NCBI GenBank assembly: GCA_963754925.1
Contig: CAVWHX010000004.1
Span: 1,024,001-1,088,000, forward strand
DNA: 64,000 nucleotides
Reading direction: 5' to 3'
Origin: an uncultured delta proteobacterium
Lineage (GTDB): Bacteria > Myxococcota > B64-G9
Of this stretch, positions 39,287-48,243 are shown one piece after another. The notes under the pieces were generated by a model. That model was not told the origin of the DNA and ran no database searches. It worked only from the letters and a program-made list of their open reading frames with translations. The stretch's first letter is position 1. Every line of letters begins with the position of its first letter. A program made the translations under genes and the position numbers.

Positions 39287-41101
39287 TTACCTCAGCATCA
39301 GGTAGAGCAGCAGCAGCGTCGCCATGAGGATTGCCAGACTATACTGTTGGATCTTGCCGTTTTGAAAAAATCGAAGCACCGCCCCGATACCGTCGATAGT
39401 GCTCACCGCTCCACCAATCAACATGCCGTCGATCAAGAGGTCTCCGGCCCCCCGCCAGAGGACTACCCCAATGCCCCGCGCCACCATCAACGGAAGCTGA
39501 ACCACCAATTCCCCAACCCCGAGCCCGGATTCCGCAACTCGTTCCATCAGGCGCTGGCCGGAAGTCAAACGCTGGTGGAAGCTCTCGACGCGCCGCCGGT
39601 CAACAGTTTGGCTCATCAACCATCCGAGCCAGGCCAGAGCGCACATCGTTGCAGCCCATACGAAACCGATCGTTCCACCCCCAATCGACCGACCGCGCAG
39701 GAACATCGCGACGCAGCCTAATCCGAAAGAAACGGCGGCCAAACCGCCGGGAGCCAACTCTATCCAGCGACCGCTCGATGGTTGAGAGGTGTCGGTAACC
39801 CAACGGGTACCGCGCAAAATTCGATACATGCGTTGCAGGATCCAACCGCCCCCAAAGACGCCGCTCATGATGATCGCGTGCAGGATCCATCCCAGCGGTC
39901 TATCGAGGTTGAGCAGGGCGACACAGAGCCTACCGAGTCCTAGAAACGATAGCGAGAATGGTAACAGTGCGGCCGCCACCAATGCCAGATAGACGCGTCG
40001 GGAGCGCCAGACGGCTGGCCATCCTGCCATGGACTCATATTCGGCAATTGGTCCTATCGTGCTGCCAACGGCCAGAGTGATACCGCTCAGCGTGAGCACC
40101 TGTCCGGCGACTAAGAGTCGCGCGGCCGTCGGATCGGAGGCGGCAAACGCCAGAAAGGAGAAAGCCCCGCTCGTGAGGAAGAGCCACCCGAGCGCCGGCG
40201 CCGGGAAGCGTTGGTATAAACCGCCGAAAATTCCCCATACGACCCCTACTCCGCCGATAACGCCGAGTACCTCCTTGATGGGGACGGTGGGGGCAGTTTG
40301 TGCAATGATATTGGTAGTCTGGTTAAGCAATGCTTGATCCAGTAGGTAGATCGCCGCCAGGGCCGAGGCCACACCGTGAACCAGGGCGCTGGCCGAGGCC
40401 AACGCGCGGGTTGTGTCTGGAAACCATCCATGAAAAGGAACCTGCCCGGCACGGATACACGCCGCGCACAAGATCAAGACCACGGCCCACTCAGGAAACG
40501 ACTGATAGGTCATGAACGCGAGCAGCAGCAGTGCCCCGGAGGTCCGCTGAAAAATGAGCCAGCGCATGCCGGTACGTCCGCCATTCTTCTCGGGTGTCCA
40601 AAACCCCGCGAGCAGTGCGCCGGCCAGCGCGAGTCCTTCCCATCCAACCAACCAGGCGACCGGAGCCAGAGGCGGGGTCGCTGCCGTAAACAGTATTCCG
40701 CCACTCGCCAACAGGATCATAATCAAGGCGTGAAACCGATGCCTTCCGGCACCGGGCGATGCCCAGATCAATACATGCAACTGAGCGGCGAAACCCACCA
40801 GGTTCATCACTGTGAGAGCCCATAACCCAGCACGGTTGAGCGCGAAACTCAGTTCAAAGATGCGGCCCCCGAGGAACGTAACGTGGACCGGAAATATACT
40901 ATCGGCCGAGGTTCCCCACCAAAGGTATAGTGCGGCTCCCAGTCCTTGTAACAGGCTTAGCCCAATCCCGCCGAGCGTCAGAGAGGCTACCGTAACCCAT
41001 CTCGCCCGCGCACCAAGCACGGTAAGAAGCAAACCTGCGATGGCCGGGATTAGCCACAAGAGAACATGCCAACTGGCGAGATAGCGGCAGAAATCCATCA
41101 A
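39287..41101 (-). CDS. nuoL: NuoL-like antiporter-type membrane subunit, highly divergent
   Basis: VGWEG...LLAGFW, GQVPFHGWFPD, SALVH, and C-terminal LIDG...LRFFQNGKIQQY; 604 aa. Confidence 0.8.
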   Translation of the reverse strand: MMDFCRYLASWHVLLWLIPAIAGLLLTVLGARARWVTVASLTLGGIGLSLLQGLGAALYLWWGTSADSIFPVHVTFLGGRIFELSFALNRAGLWALTVMNLVGFAAQLHVLIWASPGAGRHRFHALIMILLASGGILFTAATPPLAPVAWLVGWEGLALAGALLAGFWTPEKNGGRTGMRWLIFQRTSGALLLLAFMTYQSFPEWAVVLILCAACIRAGQVPFHGWFPDTTRALASASALVHGVASALAAIYLLDQALLNQTTNIIAQTAPTVPIKEVLGVIGGVGVVWGIFGGLYQRFPAPALGWLFLTSGAFSFLAFAASDPTAARLLVAGQVLTLSGITLAVGSTIGPIAEYESMAGWPAVWRSRRVYLALVAAALLPFSLSFLGLGRLCVALLNLDRPLGWILHAIIMSGVFGGGWILQRMYRILRGTRWVTDTSQPSSGRWIELAPGGLAAVSFGLGCVAMFLRGRSIGGGTIGFVWAATMCALAWLGWLMSQTVDRRRVESFHQRLTSGQRLMERVAESGLGVGELVVQLPLMVARGIGVVLWRGAGDLLIDGMLIGGAVSTIDGIGAVLRFFQNGKIQQYSLAILMATLLLLYLMLR

Positions 41102-41400
41102 TGTTTCATCCGATCTTGTTCTTCGAGCAGTACCACCCGACGGAAACGATGAAATGAGTACACCACCGAAAGCCCTGACACCAGGAGCATGATCACCAGC
41201 GCGAGGATCGTAACCGCTGCTTCTGCACCCTCCTGATCGGGTAACCGGTTGAGCCCTGCGCTGAACGCTAACAAGACTCCGTTAAGCATAATAGCGGCTG
41301 AGACTACCATGGTGATGCCATCCCGCCGCAGCAACACCCCGGAAAGGCCCAAAACAAACTGCAGGACCGCGACGAGCAGTATCTGTTCAACAGGAATCAT
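41098..41400 (-). CDS. nuoK: NuoK-like membrane subunit, divergent
   Basis: 100 aa, three TM helices, GLSGVLLRR and IMLN motifs; ATGA overlaps on both sides. Confidence 0.8.
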   Translation of the reverse strand: MIPVEQILLVAVLQFVLGLSGVLLRRDGITMVVSAAIMLNGVLLAFSAGLNRLPDQEGAEAAVTILALVIMLLVSGLSVVYSFHRFRRVVLLEEQDRMKH

Positions 41401-41885
41401 CGATTTTCTTTCTCATGGGGCTGACGGGCAAACCGCACCAGCAGTGCGGTAGTCGCCACCACCGTACCTATTAAGAATATCGTCACCCAAGTCCACATCC
41501 AACCCGACAATACTGAATGCGCAGGCCTGCGAGGTGAAGAGAGTTCCGGAGCCTGGTCCAATGCGCCGACCAATAGGGCGCAGAATCCCCCTGCAACAAG
41601 CAAACTGACCAATCGACTAAAGCTAAAGCGTTCCCGGCCGGGCGCCGCTAGTTGCAGGTGTCTCGGTCGCACCAATACTACCCAGAACCCTAGTCCAACA
41701 CCGATGGAGGCAAGTAACAGTTCGAAGGCCACGAGCGGAGCGGATAGCAGAAAAAAAAGAATTGAGTTGGCCGCCATTAATCCAACGAGGCCTGCCACAT
41801 TCAGTATCGGGCGTCTTCCAAACACACCGACACCTGAAGCGACCAGTGAGATAAAAGCTCCGAGCCAGAACACCAACGCCAGCAT
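41397..41885 (-). CDS. nuoJ: NuoJ-like membrane subunit, divergent
   Basis: About five TM helices, RRPI and FFLLSAPLVA matching the NuoJ pattern; GGAGGA RBS before ATG 41885; position before nuoK. Confidence 0.7.
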   Translation of the reverse strand: MLALVFWLGAFISLVASGVGVFGRRPILNVAGLVGLMAANSILFFLLSAPLVAFELLLASIGVGLGFWVVLVRPRHLQLAAPGRERFSFSRLVSLLVAGGFCALLVGALDQAPELSSPRRPAHSVLSGWMWTWVTIFLIGTVVATTALLVRFARQPHEKENR

Positions 41886-41998
41886 GACGTACGATTCCTC
41901 CGCGGTGTTTAGGTTGGTGTATTGAATCAATGCTGTCAAGTCAAGCTAAACACAAGAAACGTGTCTCACCGATACCGGGCAGTCGACCTATTGGCTAA

Positions 41999-43003
41999 TC
42001 AAATTCCTACGTTGCGCAGGAATTCAGCGCTTTTTTCCGGCAGAGCAGTGTTGATGTACATTCCCGAACCAAGCTCGAATCCAGCCGCCATGGTCACCCG
42101 TGGGATGATGCTCATATAACAGTGGAAGAAAGCATTGGTGTGAGGTGCACCGGGCAAGCTACGGATAACATAATTATAATCAGGATCGCTTAACCCTATG
42201 TTGATTTTCAGCAATATTGTCTGTATCAGACCGGCTAGATCGCGTATCTCGTCAGGAGAAAGCTCCGGGAATGTCGAGACGTGGCGCTTGGGCAGCGCCC
42301 AGATATGAAAAGGCGAAAGAGCGGCGTACAGCACGAAGGCCGTGAAATGCTCGCTCTCGTAGACAATACGATCCCCCGATCGACGCTCGTCTTCGAGCAT
42401 GCGACAAAAGACGCATTCGCGGTGGTCATCGTAGTAGTGCATGGCCTGGGCGATGCGATCGCGAATATGGGCCGGGACTATTGGACTCGCGATCATTTGC
42501 GAATGCGGGTGTTCGAGGGAGGTGCCGGCCCCAGCACCGTGGTTTTTAAAGAGGGTAACGAGCTCGACGCGATCATCTTCCACAGCCGCCAGGTATCGAG
42601 TGCGGTAGGCTCGCAAGACTCGTACCATTTGTTCGCGCTCAAAATACGCGGTGGTTAGGTTATGCTCGCGCGCGTCGATAATGACATCGTGAATACCCAC
42701 GCCATTCATCCAGCGTCGCGAATGTTCCTCATGGTAATCGAGCGTGCCCTGGCGCGCGAGCGCCGGGTATTTGTTGGCGACCACGCGCACCAACCACCGA
42801 CCGTCGCTGTCGTTGACGGTTGTAATTTCTTCTGGTGAGAGTTTCTCGTTGCCGGGACAAAACGGACAGTGTGGCGAAAAGACATTGCGAGAGCTTTCGC
42901 TCTTGTCTCGGCGCGCTGGCGCAAAATCCTCCGGCCGGCGCGCGCGCTCCGTGGCAATGATAACCCACTCTTTAGTGGCAATATTTTGGCGTAGCTCCGA
43001 CAT
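41999..43003 (-). CDS. galT: galactose-1-phosphate uridylyltransferase
   Basis: WVIIATERARRP, CPFCPGNE, VVANKYPAL, GTSLEHPHSQ, AGFELGSG. Confidence 0.93.
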   Translation of the reverse strand: MSELRQNIATKEWVIIATERARRPEDFAPARRDKSESSRNVFSPHCPFCPGNEKLSPEEITTVNDSDGRWLVRVVANKYPALARQGTLDYHEEHSRRWMNGVGIHDVIIDAREHNLTTAYFEREQMVRVLRAYRTRYLAAVEDDRVELVTLFKNHGAGAGTSLEHPHSQMIASPIVPAHIRDRIAQAMHYYDDHRECVFCRMLEDERRSGDRIVYESEHFTAFVLYAALSPFHIWALPKRHVSTFPELSPDEIRDLAGLIQTILLKINIGLSDPDYNYVIRSLPGAPHTNAFFHCYMSIIPRVTMAAGFELGSGMYINTALPEKSAEFLRNVGI

Positions 43004-43045
43004 GTATTCTCAGGAGAAACCGGGAGGAGGCATCCGGCTGATGCC

Positions 43046-43651
43046 TCAATAGCCCTCGAAGAGATCTTGGAGTTTCGTTCCCAGGGCGGAGGCGATTTTA
43101 CAAAGGGATGAAACCGACGCGGCGGACTCGGCACGCTCGATCTGCGAGAGAAGACTTACCGACAGTCCCGTGCGCTTGCCGAGCTGCTTAAGGGTCAAGC
43201 CTTTCCCCTTGCGTTCGGCGCGCACCCGAGCGCCAACCGACATGAGGAGGGCGTCTTCGGGATCGCGCATCAAGCCTTTAGTGCTAATGATCCGCTCAAC
43301 CGCCGCGCGCATCCGCGTGAACTCAACCGGCTTCTCGAGCCAATCCATTACCCCTGCTCGAAGGGCCACGACGGCGGCATCTTTTGATGGTTGCTTCGTT
43401 AAGACCAGTGCAGCGAGATCACGATCCTTCTCTCGTAGTTTGGAGAGGAGGTCGAACCCGCTGGTCTCGGTCAATTCTGGCTCGAAAATCAAAATGTGGT
43501 GCGGCCGCTTCTCATTGAGCTCGAGAGCCAGCTGCGGACTCGCTGCGGTGTCGACCCGATAGCCTATCTGGCCGAGCGCTTGCTGAACCTGCCTCCCTAC
43601 TTCGGGTTCATCATCAACAACCAGGACCTCTATCATGCGATTCTTTATCAT
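43046..43651 (-). CDS. receiver domain plus XRE-type HTH transcriptional regulator
   Basis: VLVVDDE...LEKP receiver; LTLKQLGKRTGLSVSLLSQIER HTH_3 domain. Confidence 0.9.
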   Translation of the reverse strand: MIKNRMIEVLVVDDEPEVGRQVQQALGQIGYRVDTAASPQLALELNEKRPHHILIFEPELTETSGFDLLSKLREKDRDLAALVLTKQPSKDAAVVALRAGVMDWLEKPVEFTRMRAAVERIISTKGLMRDPEDALLMSVGARVRAERKGKGLTLKQLGKRTGLSVSLLSQIERAESAASVSSLCKIASALGTKLQDLFEGY

Positions 43652-43709
43652 CTCGCCCCCCTTGTCGCGGCGGAGATTAAATGTTAACTCCTCATACGTT
43701 AAACCCCAC

Positions 43710-43737
43710 CGTATACCGATAGAAAATTGGTTGTCAA
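43710..43737 (-). promoter_or_regulatory. candidate sigma70 promoter upstream of the regulator-galT pair
   Basis: Minus strand TTGACA-16 nt-TATACG. Confidence 0.4.
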
Positions 43738-43844
43738 GTTAGCAACTCGCGAAACTCGAAAAATACACTACCGGAGAGGATTGATTGAGAAAAATGGAAC
43801 GTCCCACGAACGATCCCGAAACCCCAAGGTCGGTGTCTTCAGAT

Positions 43845-45767
43845 TCAATTGATATCTTCCTCGGCGCGCGCTTGGTTGATCAACTGCTCCCATTCAACCA
43901 GCGTCAATTCGTGCTGGTGCTCGAGGGCTATCTTGTCAGATTGCAACTTTTCTAAAAACTCCCAATCAAAAGCCCTGCCCGGATCACCCATCGTGGCCAT
44001 CAGGCTGCTGATCGTTTGCTCCTGCTGAAGGATGAGTTGCTCTAACTCTGCAATGCGTTTCTGACGGGCATCCTGCGCGCGTTGGGATTTGCGACGCTGC
44101 TTATAATTCTCGCGGCGGCGTTGCTTGTCGTCGGTATTGCCGGTGTCGTCGGGCTCATGGTCATTAAGAATTTTCCCATCGCGCCTGAGATCGCTGTAGC
44201 GGCCGCGCGCGTCGATCAGCGTACGACCCTCAAACGATAAGATCCGTTGTGCGACGTGGTCGAGAAAATAACGGTCGTGACTCACCACCACCAGCGTGCC
44301 CGGAAAAGCGGCCAGCGCATCCTCGAGCACCTCGCGGGAGGGGATATCCAGGTGGTTGGTCGGCTCATCGAGGAGTAGAACATTGTGCCGACCGAGCATC
44401 AGCAAACACAGCGCCAGACGAGCCTGCTCGCCGCCCGAGAACGTTTCCACCGGCCGGAAAACCTCATCCCCTTGAAACAGGAACTGCGCGGCGATGTCGC
44501 GCAGAATCTGCTCTGAAAGCTCCGGGCGGAGCGCGCCCAGCTCTTGCACAATGGTGCGCCCGGTGGTGAGACCGGACAGTTCTTGATCGTAGTATCCGAT
44601 CAACGTGCGATAGCCTCGCTGCACCGTGCCGCGTGCGGGCTCATCCGTACCTGCAAGGATCTTGAGCAACGTGGTTTTGCCGCAGCCGTTCGGGCCAATA
44701 ATGCCAACGCGTTCATTGCGCTCGATGGTGAATTCCTCCTGATCGAGCAACACCAGACTGCCGGGACTAAGCCGCAGGTTGTTAACCTGGAAGACCAATT
44801 TCCCGCTGTGCTCAACCTTGAGAAACCGTAACGCCAGCGCGTCCTCTTCTGGCGGCGGAGCGTCAACACGTTCCATCTTTTCGAGCCGTTCCAAGGCCTT
44901 TTTACGGCTTTGCGCTTGGGTGGCGCGCTGACCAGCATGGCTGCGCCGGATATACTCCTCAGTGCGCACAATGAGTTTCTGTTGAGCCAGGTACTCCTTG
45001 CGCTGCCGCGCCAGGCGTTCGTTGTGGACGGAACGGTAGTGTTCGTAACCACCCGAATAGACCGCCAGCGTGTGGTCCGCCTCGATCGCGGCGACTGCAG
45101 TTGCGAAACGGTCGATAAAAGCGCGGTCGTGGCTGACCACCATCGCGCCGCCCTGAAATGAAGCCAGGTATTCCTCGAGGAATTCTGTACCGCGCAGATC
45201 GAGATGGTTGGTGGGTTCATCCAGGATGAGAAGATCGGGATTCGTTACGACAATGCGCGCGAGCATCAAGCGACTTCGCTCCCCGCCCGACAAGATGGTG
45301 GTGGATTGTTGGAAACGAGCTGCATCAATCCCGACACGTTGCAGGGCGCGAGCAGCGCGGCGCTCGAGATCATCACCGCCTTCGTGCTCATACCGAAGCT
45401 GAAGCTCGCCAAGCTCTTTGACCACGCGCGGATCCCCAAGGTTGGCGTTGTCCTGTAATTCAGCGAGGTGCTTTCGTAGCGACAGCAATCCCGTTTGACC
45501 GGCCATGGCTGCGTCGAGGACCGTAGCATCGGGAAATAGATCGGGAACCTGCTTGAGGTAACCGATACGGATCCCACGCTCGACGGTGACGACCCCTGCG
45601 TCGGGATGCCGCATGCCTACGATCAAATCGAGGAGCGATGTCTTGCCGACGCCGTTGCGCCCGACGAGGGCGATACGATCGCCTGGATGAATCTGGAGCG
45701 AGATGTCGTTGAGGATTATTTCCTGTGCGTACGAGAGCCGTACCTTATCAACGGTGACCAGCGCCAT
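43845..45767 (-). CDS. ABC-F family ATPase
   Basis: Two ABC domains (GRNGVGKT, LSGGE, LDEPTNHLD; GPNGCGKT, FSGGE, LDEPTNHLD), no TM segments, C-terminal coiled coil. Confidence 0.93.
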   Translation of the reverse strand: MALVTVDKVRLSYAQEIILNDISLQIHPGDRIALVGRNGVGKTSLLDLIVGMRHPDAGVVTVERGIRIGYLKQVPDLFPDATVLDAAMAGQTGLLSLRKHLAELQDNANLGDPRVVKELGELQLRYEHEGGDDLERRAARALQRVGIDAARFQQSTTILSGGERSRLMLARIVVTNPDLLILDEPTNHLDLRGTEFLEEYLASFQGGAMVVSHDRAFIDRFATAVAAIEADHTLAVYSGGYEHYRSVHNERLARQRKEYLAQQKLIVRTEEYIRRSHAGQRATQAQSRKKALERLEKMERVDAPPPEEDALALRFLKVEHSGKLVFQVNNLRLSPGSLVLLDQEEFTIERNERVGIIGPNGCGKTTLLKILAGTDEPARGTVQRGYRTLIGYYDQELSGLTTGRTIVQELGALRPELSEQILRDIAAQFLFQGDEVFRPVETFSGGEQARLALCLLMLGRHNVLLLDEPTNHLDIPSREVLEDALAAFPGTLVVVSHDRYFLDHVAQRILSFEGRTLIDARGRYSDLRRDGKILNDHEPDDTGNTDDKQRRRENYKQRRKSQRAQDARQKRIAELEQLILQQEQTISSLMATMGDPGRAFDWEFLEKLQSDKIALEHQHELTLVEWEQLINQARAEEDIN

Positions 45768-45817
45768 TGGTGATCGTCTTCTCCCGACAATAGCGGCCGA
45801 ATGCGAAAGGGTACTGG

Positions 45818-46390
45818 CTACTCGACCGGAGAAGACTTACCAGCAGCTGGCGCGGGTTTATCGGTCGACCGGTCATCTGATTTTTCATATGGTTTGGCCG
45901 CAGGCGTATCCGGTTGGGTTGACGGAGAGGTCGAACCCGTCGCCTCCGTTCCTGGTTGGGGTTCGACGGTTTCTGTCGAGACCCGGCTCTTCAAATTTTC
46001 ATTGCTTGCCCGCAGGGCAAACTTCAGGCCAAAATATATCACCAGGCCTATTATGATTGCGCCGATGAGAAAATACACCACCCGCTTGATTTTTGAACTC
46101 GTTGAAACACCGGCTGCGGCCACAAAGAACTGGGTTTGCCCCGGGGCTGTGGGATCAGGTTCGGTGTTCACCGGTGGTTGCTGCGGCCTCTGCTGGAACG
46201 CCTGCTTGCCGGTGACGGGCTCCGGCCGAACGTCGCGCGCCACTGGTTGTCGTGGGCGCGCCATCGGCTGAGCCACGCGCTGCGCCGGCGGTTGCTGGCT
46301 TGGGGCCATCGTCGGCATGGGTTTACCACAATGGGCGCAAAACTTAGCCGAGTCGGGATTCGCGGTGCTGCAAGAAGGACAGGAAGCCAT
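45818..46390 (-). CDS. zinc-ribbon domain membrane protein
   Basis: CPSC....PDSAKFCAHCG, Pro/Gln-rich linker, one TM helix; GGAGGA RBS before ATG 46390. Confidence 0.8.
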   Translation of the reverse strand: MASCPSCSTANPDSAKFCAHCGKPMPTMAPSQQPPAQRVAQPMARPRQPVARDVRPEPVTGKQAFQQRPQQPPVNTEPDPTAPGQTQFFVAAAGVSTSSKIKRVVYFLIGAIIIGLVIYFGLKFALRASNENLKSRVSTETVEPQPGTEATGSTSPSTQPDTPAAKPYEKSDDRSTDKPAPAAGKSSPVE

Positions 46391-46638
46391 TTCTTTTTCC
46401 TCCACGCCTACAACGGGCAGAATGGATTATCACAACATGTTGTTGCAACGTTCGAGGGCCCCACGTTCAAGACTGAAATATCTTATCACACAAAAAAAGA
46501 ATTCAAAGAAATTGTCCGTAGATCTGGCCATCACGTGAGTTGTTGAATATACTAATACGAGCGTACAATTTCTTTGTAGGTTGGGGTTTTTGACTTTATC
46601 GCGAACGGATGTTACTCGGGGTTAGAGGTATTGTTAAT

Positions 46639-48165
46639 ATGCGTCGGCCAAGGCCTTATCGACAGCATCCTTCTCGATCTGATACAGCACGCCGGAGGGG
46701 AAAGGGATGGATCTGGCTTTTGCTCATGCTCACGGCCGTCAATATTTATCTATTTTTTATTCGCGGCATACCGCATGCAGCAGAGGGCACGGAATCGCCG
46801 GTGCCGATCGCGCTAACGAGCTCGAACCAGAATCGCACGGCGGTTGCTTCCCCCGAGCAGCTGCACCTCCGCCGCGCCAAGCCGACATACCTAAATACCT
46901 TTGGCGAAATGCGGGGCGTTGCCGGCGTTCGCACCGCTTCTGCCGAAGAATTGCGCAGCTGCCCGCGGGCTTCCCATCTTCGGTTTGATTTAGAAGAAGC
47001 TCGAGGAGTAGCCGGCCAGCGCAGTCTTGCCCAGTGGTGTGACCGTTATTCCGATACCGTTGGACGCAAAGAAACCTTGGGTGCAGCGCTGTTCCGTCTG
47101 AATCTTGATAACAACCAAGTCGACCAGGTTATTCAATCGCTGCGGGGTAAGCTGGATTTCCGCCGTGTCAAGGAAGGACAGCGGGTCGAGCTCCTCCGTT
47201 CGCCCACCGGACGGGTAGAGCGCTTCGCCTTTCAGGTTTCACCGCTCCTATCCTATGTAGTCGAGCGGCGCGACGGTGAACTCGTCGCCCGCACGATAGA
47301 AGAACAAGCCGAAGTTGAACTCAGCCCCATTGCCGTACGGCTCGACGGCTCGCTGTACAACTCTATGGAACGAGCCGGTGAATCGCCGGCACTGGTCATG
47401 ATGCTGGTCGATATTTTTGTCTGGGACATCGACTTCTATCTCGATACCCGCCGGGGCGACACGGTTCGTTTGGTGGTTGAGAAGCGCAAGCTCAATGGTC
47501 GCATGGTAAGCTATGGTCGGATTTTAGCTGCCGAATACCGGGGCGATGTCGGACTGCATCGTGCCTTTTGGTATACCGTAAGTGACAAGACCGAAGGTTA
47601 TTTTAATGAAAAAGGGGGCTCGTTGCGTAAAGCCTTCTTGAAGTCACCGCTCAAGTATACCCGGGTAACGTCGGGCTTCGGGATGCGGGTCCATCCGATC
47701 CTGGGCTATTCAGGTATGCATGCCGGGATCGACTTTGGCGCACCGCAGGGGACGCCGGTGCAAGCGCCGTCCGATGGCATCGTGCGCCAGGCCGGTCCGA
47801 ATGGCGGGGCTGGCAACATGGTGACCCTCCGCCACGCAAACGGCTACGAAACCATCTACATGCACCTCAGCGCAATCGCCCGCGGGGTGCGGGTGGGCGC
47901 GCGCGTCCGCCAACAACAGTTGATTGGTGCGGTTGGTTCAACCGGCCTGTCGACCGGGCCCCATCTACACTATGGCATGCGCCTCAATGGGCGCTATGTC
48001 AATCCCATGGGTCAACATTTCCCGCCCGCCGAGCCAATACCGCCAAAGCTGCTGCCCGTGTACCAAAAAGCCATCGAACCGCTTATCAAGCAACTTGATG
48101 ACATCCGCATCCCGCCGAGCGACCAAACCGCGGCGGTCAACGTCCCCTTGAAAGACGCTGGCTGA
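46639..48165 (+). CDS. M23 family peptidoglycan DD-endopeptidase (MepM/Csd3-like)
   Basis: WDIDFY, FLKSPL...VTSGFG.R.HPI, HAGIDFGAP, YMHLS, TGPHLHY. Confidence 0.92.
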   Translation: MRRPRPYRQHPSRSDTARRRGKGWIWLLLMLTAVNIYLFFIRGIPHAAEGTESPVPIALTSSNQNRTAVASPEQLHLRRAKPTYLNTFGEMRGVAGVRTASAEELRSCPRASHLRFDLEEARGVAGQRSLAQWCDRYSDTVGRKETLGAALFRLNLDNNQVDQVIQSLRGKLDFRRVKEGQRVELLRSPTGRVERFAFQVSPLLSYVVERRDGELVARTIEEQAEVELSPIAVRLDGSLYNSMERAGESPALVMMLVDIFVWDIDFYLDTRRGDTVRLVVEKRKLNGRMVSYGRILAAEYRGDVGLHRAFWYTVSDKTEGYFNEKGGSLRKAFLKSPLKYTRVTSGFGMRVHPILGYSGMHAGIDFGAPQGTPVQAPSDGIVRQAGPNGGAGNMVTLRHANGYETIYMHLSAIARGVRVGARVRQQQLIGAVGSTGLSTGPHLHYGMRLNGRYVNPMGQHFPPAEPIPPKLLPVYQKAIEPLIKQLDDIRIPPSDQTAAVNVPLKDAG

Positions 48166-48243
48166 CCTGCCGCAGCCCGATTCCATTGAGAAATTGGGCA
48201 AATGTCTTGCTCGTAAGGCGGCAATGAAGTATGGTAACGGTTA

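Noticed and set aside
36304..41885. Mrp antiporter, hydrogenase-4 or DabAB carbon-uptake module
   Set aside because: Gene order and motifs follow NuoJKLMN (NuoL-type C-terminal helix present); no MrpEFG, hydrogenase or DabA partner is adjacent.
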